A stretch of DNA of 64,000 nucleotides from an uncultured Kiritimatiellota bacterium (GTDB taxonomy: Bacteria; Verrucomicrobiota; Kiritimatiellia; RFP12; UBA1067), in assembly GCA_934667425.1 (NCBI GenBank), contig CAKULV010000009.1, forward strand, positions 5,350 through 69,349. Reading direction: 5' to 3'. The notes below the pieces were generated by a model that was not told the DNA's origin, made no database searches, and worked only from the letters and a program-made list of their open reading frames with translations. This document shows positions 17,393 through 25,606 of the stretch, piece by piece (the stretch's first letter is position 1; each line of letters opens with the position of its first letter). The position numbers and the translations under genes are program-made.

Positions 17393-19375
17393 ATTCTCGA
17401 TCACGTCCGGATTCTTCGCGGAATCCACCGTGACGTTTTCGAGACGCACGTTCTTCACTGGATGATCCGGGTCGCCCACCATGTTCACACGCCACCTCGC
17501 CTTGCCTCCGTGCACGTTGCGGATGTCGATGTCGCGGATGGTCGTTGCGCGGTTCTCGTAGTCCGGGAAGTCCGCCCATTCGTAGAGCGTATCCACCGAC
17601 AGCCCGACAAGTTCATACCTCACGTTGCCGACCTCGACGCCGTTGACAGAGATGTTCTCAAGCACGCCGCCGCGCCGGCGGTTAGTCTTGATGAACACCC
17701 CGCGGCTCACGTCGTTGGCCCTGCAGTTGATGAGCCGCAGGTTCTTGACCCCGCCGGAGATCTCGCTGCCGATGCCGAGAAGCGTGTGCGCGTCCACGAT
17801 CTCGCAGTCCCGGATGAACACGTCCTGCGTCGGGGTGTTGAGCCGCCATGCGTCACGGTTGCGCCCGGACTTGATCACGATCCCGTCGTCACCCTGATCG
17901 AAGCGGCAGTCCTCCAATATCACGTTCCGGCTCATCTCTATGTCAATGCCGTCGTTGTTGTTCCCGTGCGCGTAGACATCGAGGTTGCGCACCGCCGCAT
18001 CCTCGCACATGTAGAGGTGCAGGGTCCAGAAAGGCGAGTTGCGCACCTTGAAGCCTTCCCACGTCACGCCCTTGCAGCGGTTGAACTGCACAAGCTGTGG
18101 ACGGGTGTTGGCGTTCTTCATCTTGTATATCTCGCGTTTCTCCACCGGATAGTCCGTCGCACCCCAGGTGTAGAGCTGCAGACGCGCGGCCTTGATGCCG
18201 TTCTTCTGCGGAACCCACGGATACCAGAACGTATCCTTCCACTCGCCCTCGTACCCGCGAAGCGTGCCAGATCCCGTTATGGCCACATTCGTGCAGCAGT
18301 AGGCGTACACGAGCGGCGAGTAGTTCCAGCACTCCATCCCCTCCCACGAGGTATGCACGGCCGGCAGGTAGTCCTTGGGATTCTGAGAGAACACTATCTC
18401 GGCCCCTTCCGCGAGGTGAAGCTCGCAGTTCGAGCGCAAACGTATCGCGCCCGAGAACCATTTTCCGGCAGGCACCACGACCCGTCCGCCGCCAGCATTC
18501 TCGCAAGCGGCCATCGCCCTGGCGAAGGCATCCGTGCATAGAGTGCCGTCGGGCTTCGCCCCAAAATCGGCGATCGGGAAGTCCCGGTCCTTGAAAAGCT
18601 TCGCGACGGAAAGCCCGCGAGCGCGCACATCGTCGAGGAAGAGCTTGGCGAACGCCGCCGCGCCCGTCTGGATCGGGTGTGTGACGTCCTTCGCGGGTTC
18701 GCCGTCCTTGCCGAGGATCAAGCCTGTGGAGATGGCGAAGAACTTGTGGGCCTTTTCCTTGCCGAGGCTTTCCAGCAGATCCCGCGTGAGGTTGTTCATG
18801 TCCACGAAGTCGCACTTCAGCTCTTCGGAAAGCTCGCGCATGGCGTCCCGGTAGCTCCTGAGGCACACGCCGTCGGTCTTGTGCTCGGAGTCCACAAGCT
18901 TCCTGCCCGACTTGTCGAACGTTGCGCGGCATATCGGCGACAGGAGAATCGGAGTCGCGCCCTTCTCGCGGATGTCCTTCACCCAGTCGCGGACTATCTC
19001 GCGGAAAAGCCCCTTGGGATCCGCCCAGCGCTCGTTGCGGTAGAACTCGGTGGAGCGCTTCTGGTCGTTGTGCCCGAACTGTATGGCCACGAAATCGCCC
19101 TGCTTCACCCCCGCGATCAGCTTCGCCCACATCCCGGACTTCGCGAAGCTTTTCGTCGATGCCCCGCTGCGGGCGTAGTTCGCGACGCGGCAATCCGACT
19201 TCATGGACTTCTGGAGCTGCGTGCCCCAGCTGTAGTATGGCGCACGGATGTGCCCGCCCAGGCTGTATCCAGCGTCATCGAGCGTCGAATCGCCGGCGAA
19301 GAACAGGGTCGACGCGAACGCGCTCCCCGCAAACAGTGAAGCGGCCGTCAGTGCAGCCACGTTCATGAATTTCAT
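17375..19375 (-). CDS. Bifunctional pectin enzyme: N-terminal SGNH/CE12 rhamnogalacturonan acetylesterase-like domain fused to a GH28 polygalacturonase-family domain
   Basis: N-terminal part: FFAGDSTLDD...YARSGASTKSF...IQFGHNDQ. C-terminal part: NNDGIDIE, QGDDGIVIKSG, AHTLLGIGSE and FIKTN. A signal peptide is present. Confidence 0.9.
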   Translation of the reverse strand: MKFMNVAALTAASLFAGSAFASTLFFAGDSTLDDAGYSLGGHIRAPYYSWGTQLQKSMKSDCRVANYARSGASTKSFAKSGMWAKLIAGVKQGDFVAIQFGHNDQKRSTEFYRNERWADPKGLFREIVRDWVKDIREKGATPILLSPICRATFDKSGRKLVDSEHKTDGVCLRSYRDAMRELSEELKCDFVDMNNLTRDLLESLGKEKAHKFFAISTGLILGKDGEPAKDVTHPIQTGAAAFAKLFLDDVRARGLSVAKLFKDRDFPIADFGAKPDGTLCTDAFARAMAACENAGGGRVVVPAGKWFSGAIRLRSNCELHLAEGAEIVFSQNPKDYLPAVHTSWEGMECWNYSPLVYAYCCTNVAITGSGTLRGYEGEWKDTFWYPWVPQKNGIKAARLQLYTWGATDYPVEKREIYKMKNANTRPQLVQFNRCKGVTWEGFKVRNSPFWTLHLYMCEDAAVRNLDVYAHGNNNDGIDIEMSRNVILEDCRFDQGDDGIVIKSGRNRDAWRLNTPTQDVFIRDCEIVDAHTLLGIGSEISGGVKNLRLINCRANDVSRGVFIKTNRRRGGVLENISVNGVEVGNVRYELVGLSVDTLYEWADFPDYENRATTIRDIDIRNVHGGKARWRVNMVGDPDHPVKNVRLENVTVDSAKNPDVIENVGFRL

Positions 19376-19433
19376 TGCAATATCTCCATGTTTACCTGAT
19401 TGCGCACCATGGTATCATAAGCGAAATGCCGGG

Positions 19434-20972
19434 TCAACTGGCAATTCCGGCCTTACGACGCCACCTCATGCCCATTGCCGCCATTGCGGCGAAGTATGTG
19501 CCCGCGCCCACCGCAAGCAGAACGGAGAGCGACAGCACGGGCGGCATCCTCACATATGCCTTCACCGCCACAAGCGATCCGGCCATGATGGCGGACCCGG
19601 CAAGCATCCTGAGTGTCGGCGATGCGAGCCTACACAGTCCAAGCGAACCGTTTCGGCGATGTGCGGCAGCGACAAGCATGGCGCATCCGAACGCGGCGCA
19701 CAGGACCGTTGACGCGGCAAGGCCGACGTGCCGCCACTCCACTGGCAGGCACAATACGGCGACGATGTTCAGAGATGCGTTCAGGCACACGGTCCATACG
19801 GACGTCCGCAGCGGGGTCTTCATGTCGTTCTGCGCCTGGAACCACGGGACAAGCGATTTCTGAAGGCCAAAGAACCCAAGCCCCATGGCATACACCGCCA
19901 CGGCCCTCGACACGCGAACTACGGCAGTGGCGTCGAACGCTCCGCCGCGATATATCACGGTAGTCACGTCGGCGGCAAGCACACCAAGCCCGACCGCCGC
20001 CGGAATCATCACGAACAGCATCTGCCTGGTAGATGATATGAACGCCGCACGGGCGCCATCTACGTCCCCCTTGGAGAAATGCCCCGCAAAGGCCGGTAGA
20101 AGGACGGTGCCGAATGATACGCCTATGACCCCGAGTGGAAGATCCATGAGCCGTTCGGCATATCCGATCACGCCTGCCGCCCACGGGGCGGCGACCTGCC
20201 CCAGCACCTGGTCTAGCATATAGTTGATCTGCACGGCGCCTGCCCCTATTGCGGCAATTGCGGTGTTTTTCCATACGAGACAGACCTTAGGGTCCTTCCA
20301 CCCCCTGAAGGACAGCTTCGGCGAGACCCCGGCCTTGCGCATGCGCCACAGCATGAACGCCATCTGCGCTGCGCCCGCCACAAGTATGGCCATGCAGACC
20401 CTGTGTATCCGCTGGTCGAGACGCAGCTCCGGGTGGAAGCATATCCAAACGAGGATCCCTATCCAGAACACGTTGAGCAGACACGGCATCGCGCTTGACG
20501 CCTTGAACCTTCCCATGGCGTTGAGCACTCCCATGCCGAGCGCCGCGCCACAGATGAAGATCATGTACGAAAGCAGCGTCTTGACGAGACGAACCGTCAA
20601 CAGCGTCCTTCCGCTCAGCTCCAGTCCGGCGCGGAAATGCACTGCAACCTCAAGGCCGAGAAGCGCAAGCACGACGACGGACCCGACCATCATGAGCATC
20701 ATGGTCAAGACGGCCCGGGCGAGATGCCGGGCGCTTTCCATCGCGTTCGCCTCCACCTCCCCCTTGAACACCGGTACGAACGCCGCGGTCAACGCCCCTT
20801 CGCCGAAAAGCTTGCGCGCCATGTTGGGAATGGCAAACGCCAGCGTAAATGCGCTTTGCTCCACCCCTGCGCCGATGAATCGGCTCTGCAGCATCTCCCG
20901 TACAAGTCCGAGCACCCGCGACAGAGCCGTAAACGCCCCCACGGTGGCCGTATTCTTTAGTATCCTGTTCAT
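19434..20972 (-). CDS. murJ: Lipid II flippase MurJ
   Basis: 512-aa polytopic ORF. The N-terminus GAFTALSRVLGLVREMLQSRFIGAGVEQSAFTLAFAIPNMARKLFGEGALTAAFVPVF is typical of MurJ/MviN. Confidence 0.9.
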   Translation of the reverse strand: MNRILKNTATVGAFTALSRVLGLVREMLQSRFIGAGVEQSAFTLAFAIPNMARKLFGEGALTAAFVPVFKGEVEANAMESARHLARAVLTMMLMMVGSVVVLALLGLEVAVHFRAGLELSGRTLLTVRLVKTLLSYMIFICGAALGMGVLNAMGRFKASSAMPCLLNVFWIGILVWICFHPELRLDQRIHRVCMAILVAGAAQMAFMLWRMRKAGVSPKLSFRGWKDPKVCLVWKNTAIAAIGAGAVQINYMLDQVLGQVAAPWAAGVIGYAERLMDLPLGVIGVSFGTVLLPAFAGHFSKGDVDGARAAFISSTRQMLFVMIPAAVGLGVLAADVTTVIYRGGAFDATAVVRVSRAVAVYAMGLGFFGLQKSLVPWFQAQNDMKTPLRTSVWTVCLNASLNIVAVLCLPVEWRHVGLAASTVLCAAFGCAMLVAAAHRRNGSLGLCRLASPTLRMLAGSAIMAGSLVAVKAYVRMPPVLSLSVLLAVGAGTYFAAMAAMGMRWRRKAGIAS

Positions 20973-20990
20973 CCCATGCGCCGCGTCAAA

Positions 20991-22745
20991 TCATCGGCCG
21001 GAAGCCTGCGGACGGATCACCTTCACCCCATCGGGGGCGTTCACCTTCACATCCAGCGATCCGTCAGACCGCTTGTCGATGCGCACAAGTATCCGCTTTC
21101 CGCCGGGCATGGCCATGGCACCCTCCGCCCAATCGAGGTCGCCAAGGGACGGATTCACCTCTACGGTCTTGCAACCGACATCAAGCGGACGGATTCCGAG
21201 CACATGGTTTATGCACCATGATGCCGGACCGGCGCTCCATCCGTGGCAAAGGGAATGGCGGAATCCCTTGTAGCAGAACTCGCCATAGTCCCCGTGTATG
21301 TCCTTCTTCCCCGGCACAGGCGCCTCGTCGACGCGGAATGCGTTGTTTGTCCACGAGATGTTGAAGTCCTCCCAGAAGCTCGTGGCCCCCATGTCGAGCA
21401 TCGCGCCCCAGTAGTCGCGAACGGTGTCGAGCGCGCGCTGGTGTTCGCCTGCCGCGCTCATCGCCTCGATCATGTAGTAGCCATAGAACGAGGACACGCC
21501 CGAATGCCCTCCCGCCCCAAGGGTCGAAGCGTACATCTCCCTTGGGGTCCGTAGGCCTGAAAGCGCAAGCAGGGCTGCGGCCGACTTTGCCCCGTGCGGA
21601 TCGGGACGCAGGCGGGAGAGCCTGTCCGCCATGCCGCGAGCCTTGTCCGCAAGGCCTTCGCGACCGAGGGCATCCGCAAGGAACGCTGTTTCACGGGCGG
21701 CAATGAGCGCCAGGCCCTGGGTGCCGGCGACCTGTCCCTTCCCGTTATGCTTTGTCGGCCAGTCGAGGAATTCACCGGCGCGCCACTCCCCGGCATCGGT
21801 CATGCCGGAAAGCACATGCCCAAACGTCTTCTCGAGGTAATCGGCGTGTTTCTCGAGGTACTGCCTGTCCCCAGTGAACCGATACCATTCGGCGAGGTTC
21901 CGTATCCACCAGAGCGTGTATGTGGCGATCGTGTTCATCCACTTGTCGGGAGGCGTGACGGAAGCCAGGTAGTCCAGGGAATCCGCAAGGATCTGCGCAT
22001 CGCCGAACACGTTCAGTATGGCCATCGTCTCCGGATGCAGATCCCCGACCCACACGAGCCTGTCGCGCTTGATGCCGTCCCACAGGTATTCCTGGCAGCA
22101 AAGGTGGACAGTCCTCACCGCAGTCTCAAAGATGCGGTCAAGGCGCTCGTCGGACGATCTGAAGCCGCCAAGGCGGGGCATTGGACGCATAAGGGAAATC
22201 GCGCGCACGAATTCAAGGCCCACCTCTCCCTCTGTCGCAAGATCCAGCCGCACGAACCGGAATCCCGTATTGCCAACCTCTATCGATCCAAAGCTCGGGA
22301 CCTCAAGCTCGAAGTCTCGCAACGCATGGTCGTTGGTGGCGTTCTTGGCGTCGCCGACGCTGCTCATCGCCTCCGCCACCGACTCTCCGAAACGTATGCG
22401 GAGTTTCTTCCCTATCCTGTCAGACGCCGGACTCATCCCGATCTGGATGCCGCCGTGCAACTCGCGCCCAAAGTCGAGGACAACCCCCGGACGATCTCCA
22501 TTGTTGACGAGCCTGGTGCCGACAGACCTTCCGAAATACGTTTCGCACACCTGCCCGTGCTTGCGGTCAAGGAGCCGTTCGATGTTCTCCGTTGAACTGG
22601 CCGCCTTCCCGCCAGACATCCGGGACGGCGTGTTCCACACGACGCGCTTCGGGTATACGAATGTGCGCGTACGCGCGTCTGGTGCATCATCCTGCGCAGA
22701 TGCCGAGGCCATCAGCGCGGCAAAACAAATGGATAGGAACTTCAT
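20991..22745 (-). CDS. Secreted alpha-L-rhamnosidase-like six-hairpin glycosidase (GH78-like)
   Basis: Signal peptide MKFLSICFAALMASASA. C-terminal FWEDF...HSLCHGWSAGPASWCINHVLGIRP is typical of bacterial rhamnosidase catalytic domains. Confidence 0.78.
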   Translation of the reverse strand: MKFLSICFAALMASASAQDDAPDARTRTFVYPKRVVWNTPSRMSGGKAASSTENIERLLDRKHGQVCETYFGRSVGTRLVNNGDRPGVVLDFGRELHGGIQIGMSPASDRIGKKLRIRFGESVAEAMSSVGDAKNATNDHALRDFELEVPSFGSIEVGNTGFRFVRLDLATEGEVGLEFVRAISLMRPMPRLGGFRSSDERLDRIFETAVRTVHLCCQEYLWDGIKRDRLVWVGDLHPETMAILNVFGDAQILADSLDYLASVTPPDKWMNTIATYTLWWIRNLAEWYRFTGDRQYLEKHADYLEKTFGHVLSGMTDAGEWRAGEFLDWPTKHNGKGQVAGTQGLALIAARETAFLADALGREGLADKARGMADRLSRLRPDPHGAKSAAALLALSGLRTPREMYASTLGAGGHSGVSSFYGYYMIEAMSAAGEHQRALDTVRDYWGAMLDMGATSFWEDFNISWTNNAFRVDEAPVPGKKDIHGDYGEFCYKGFRHSLCHGWSAGPASWCINHVLGIRPLDVGCKTVEVNPSLGDLDWAEGAMAMPGGKRILVRIDKRSDGSLDVKVNAPDGVKVIRPQASGR

Positions 22746-22754
22746 ATGATGCGC

Positions 22755-22763
22755 ATTCTACCA
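22755..22763 (-). promoter_or_regulatory. Extended -10-like box TGGTAGAAT, 9 nt upstream of the ATG
   Basis: Minus strand reads TGGTAGAAT-gcgcatcat-ATG (ATG at 22745). Confidence 0.45.
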
Positions 22764-22806
22764 TAAAGGCCCGTATCGCGGGCGGGAATATCGCGGGACG
22801 TCAGTC

Positions 22807-25194
22807 CTATCGTCGCACCAGCTCGTAGTTCATCGTCGCGTCGGCAGGATCGCGGGCAACGTCGGCCGTGAAGCAGAGGCGGCCATCCTGCAGATGGCTC
22901 GGCACAACGCCTCGGCGGTTCCCGGCACAGTCGAGCGCGTACACGGTCCACTCCCCTGCCGCAAGCGACAGGTTCAGGTCCGCACGGCCCTTGCGCATCA
23001 GGTGAGGCATCTGTCCCCAGCGCAGAAGCACGGTGCGTGAATCGTCCGCGAACGCAGCGCCCGAATTCTGCACGTCGGTCTGATGGCACAGGAGGATGCG
23101 TCCCGATGCGGCAAGCGGATTGCCGTCAAGCGAACTCGCCCACACCGTCGCCGGCGCCCCAATGACGTTGGCCTCGAGGCACCCGGCGCGGATCTTCCCG
23201 GATTCGGCGAACACGCCGCACGTCCTCCCCGTTTCGATTCGCAGGGAACCTGTCGCGGGATCGATCTTCAGCGCGTCAGCGTCGCCGACATCGAGGTCTC
23301 CGCGCAGGAACAGGCATAGCGATGCGCGTTCGCCCGCGAGCGAGAGCGGATCTCCGCTCATGTCGAAGTATGTCATGGGCTTCGGACCGTACACGCCCTT
23401 GATGCCGTGGCTCCACGCGAAGCGCCAAAGCCCGTCAATATCCTCACGGGCGGCGAGCGCACCCGTCTCGATGCCGCCGAGGCTGCGGTATGCGCCCGGA
23501 CCGGAGAAGTTGTACTCCGTGATCACGAACGGCATAGCCTTCCCCATGCGGCGGCGGTTGCCGAGCGCCCAGAAGAGACCGTGCCTGTCGCGCTTCAGCG
23601 GATTGGTGTTCTGCAGTTCGCTCGGCAGGCTCCACTTCTGCTCGAGGAAGTGCGGGTGGTCAACGTAGAAGTGCTCGTCCGCGTAGTCGTACTCGTTGGC
23701 GCGCACCTCGTCAAATTCCTCCGGATATGCGTAGTTGTTCATGTTGGTGAGCAGGATGCGGCTCTTCATCTCGTCCCGCACCCACCGCGTCATGCGCCTC
23801 GCGAAGTCGCGTTCGTTCGCCAGGGTAAGCTCCTTGCGGCTGTTGCCCTCGTTGACGAGCGAGTAGAGAGGCATTGCCGGCTCGTCGGCATACCTGCGTC
23901 CGGTGTGCGTATTCACGTGCGAGAGGAAGTTCTTCGCGTAGTTCAGGAAGTTGGAGAACGCACCCTCGTGCGTCTCCACAAGCGTCTTGAACTCGCGCAT
24001 GCTAGCAAACCCCGGCTTGTCGATCCCCATGTCCCGGTATGCCACCCTGCGCGAAACGTAGAGGTCGGTCGTCATGTACACGCCATGCTTGATGCATGCG
24101 GCGACCATCGCGTCGAACCTCGACATCCTTTCCGGCTTGAGTTCCCCCCGGCTGTCGGCCAGCCCGCCGTCGTGGTGGTGGAACCTCACCGCATTGTATC
24201 CGATGCGGGCGAGGTTCGCCACGTATCGGTCGGCATCCTTCGCTGGCGGATAGTTTGATTCGCCGACGAAATTCACGCCGTAGAAGCGCTGCTTCACGCC
24301 AGGCAGGCTCTCGAACTCGAAATGCCCGTTGCGGACGACAAGCCATCCGTGCTTCCCGGCCGGCGCATCGTGCGGAACGACCTGCGAGAAATCCAGGGCA
24401 GACCCAGGCGCCGGGTCGTTCATCGCCTTGATGCGCGTCCATTCGCTCCCCTCTTCGATCACGTATTCGCCGGCGCAATACTCCACCGGCCCAGGCGTTT
24501 TCAGGTTGAAGTCCATAGAGAAGGCGTCCCCCCGGACGAGATCCGGCACGCTCCCCTTGCCTTCGAACGACACGCGGAGAGTGAACACGTCGATGTCGCT
24601 GCTCTTCCATTCGCGGTTGTCCTGAAGGTAGCATTTCATCGGCTTGGGGAAACGGAACGCAAGCGTCTGCACGCCATCCTTGTCGATGAGCGCGACCTCT
24701 CGCACCTTCTCGCGGAAGACCCCGATGCGGCCCTTCCTGTACTCCACGGGGAAAGGCTTTTCCATCCGGCCGTCCAGCACGGCCTTGCCGCCCGCGTAGC
24801 GCGAAACGGGGATGCGGGCGCAAACCACGGATCCGATCTGCCTTACGTTCGTCACGACCGTCTCGATCGAGACGGACACGTCGAGGGAACCGTCCGGGGC
24901 GACCTTCGCCGACGTGCTGCCGATGAAGTTCGTGCCGTTGTTGGGGTCGCCGTAGTTCCACTTCTCCGCAATCCGCCAGCGGCGCGAACCATCCGCCTCG
25001 GGACGGTAGCCGCCGTATGGCGTGCGCGATATCCAGCCGGGATAGAAGACTGTCGGCACGATCCTCACCTCCGCCTCCGGGACAAGTATGCGCCCCATCG
25101 GAGCAAGGCGCACCACGTCCGCCATCGACGGCGAGGGCGCCGTCGCTACGAAAGCGCAGCACAGCGTCAATAGCATGCGATTCATCTGCTTCAT
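22807..25194 (-). CDS. Secreted clan GH-A (GH5-like) glycoside hydrolase
   Basis: Signal-like MNRMLLTLCCAFVATAPSPSMA. FYGVNF...GYNAVRFHHHD, LVNEGN (acid/base NE) and VITEYNF (nucleophile E). The start could be the internal ATG at 25185. Confidence 0.8.
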   Translation of the reverse strand: MKQMNRMLLTLCCAFVATAPSPSMADVVRLAPMGRILVPEAEVRIVPTVFYPGWISRTPYGGYRPEADGSRRWRIAEKWNYGDPNNGTNFIGSTSAKVAPDGSLDVSVSIETVVTNVRQIGSVVCARIPVSRYAGGKAVLDGRMEKPFPVEYRKGRIGVFREKVREVALIDKDGVQTLAFRFPKPMKCYLQDNREWKSSDIDVFTLRVSFEGKGSVPDLVRGDAFSMDFNLKTPGPVEYCAGEYVIEEGSEWTRIKAMNDPAPGSALDFSQVVPHDAPAGKHGWLVVRNGHFEFESLPGVKQRFYGVNFVGESNYPPAKDADRYVANLARIGYNAVRFHHHDGGLADSRGELKPERMSRFDAMVAACIKHGVYMTTDLYVSRRVAYRDMGIDKPGFASMREFKTLVETHEGAFSNFLNYAKNFLSHVNTHTGRRYADEPAMPLYSLVNEGNSRKELTLANERDFARRMTRWVRDEMKSRILLTNMNNYAYPEEFDEVRANEYDYADEHFYVDHPHFLEQKWSLPSELQNTNPLKRDRHGLFWALGNRRRMGKAMPFVITEYNFSGPGAYRSLGGIETGALAAREDIDGLWRFAWSHGIKGVYGPKPMTYFDMSGDPLSLAGERASLCLFLRGDLDVGDADALKIDPATGSLRIETGRTCGVFAESGKIRAGCLEANVIGAPATVWASSLDGNPLAASGRILLCHQTDVQNSGAAFADDSRTVLLRWGQMPHLMRKGRADLNLSLAAGEWTVYALDCAGNRRGVVPSHLQDGRLCFTADVARDPADATMNYELVRR

Positions 25195-25230
25195 CCTTTC
25201 ACTTCAAAAATCCAATCCATCTCGTCCACC

Positions 25231-25595
25231 CGTGGCGACGGCGCCCTCGCCGTCGCGCCCCGTCCCCATCCGCTCCACCCGTGGCGACGGCGCCCCCGCC
25301 GTCGCGCCCCGTCCCCAGCCTCTCCTCCGTGGCGACGGCGCCCCCGCCGTCGCGCCGTCCCCAGCCTCTCCGCCGTAGCGACGGCGCCCTCGCCGTCGTG
25401 CCGTCCCCAGCCTCTCCACCCGTGGCGACGGCGCCCTCGCCGTCGCGCCGTCCCCATCCGCTCCTCCGTGGCGACGGCGCCCCGCCGTCGTGCCGTCCCC
25501 ATCCGCTCCTCCGTAGCGACGGCGCCCTCGCCGTCGTGCCATCCCCAGCCCCTCCTCCGTAGCGACGGCGCCCCGCCGTCGCGCCTCGCACAGCC
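25231..25595. repeat. Tandem array of 8 hairpin-containing 45-49 bp repeats (REP/BIME-like), non-coding
   Basis: Unit starts are 25231, 25280, 25328, 25374, 25421, 25467, 25512 and 25558 (the last truncated). Each unit is CGTRGCGACGGCG-CCC(T/C)-CGCCGTCGYGCC plus a C-rich linker, with a 9-bp stem GCGACGGCG/CGCCGTCGC. Confidence 0.92.
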
Positions 25596-25606
25596 AAAGC
25601 CACACT

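Noticed and set aside
25195-25606. Possible CRISPR array (regularly spaced palindromic repeats)
   Set aside because: The segments between the palindromes are not unique spacers. They are two conserved linker variants, the period is about 46 bp in total, and there is no leader or cas gene in the window.
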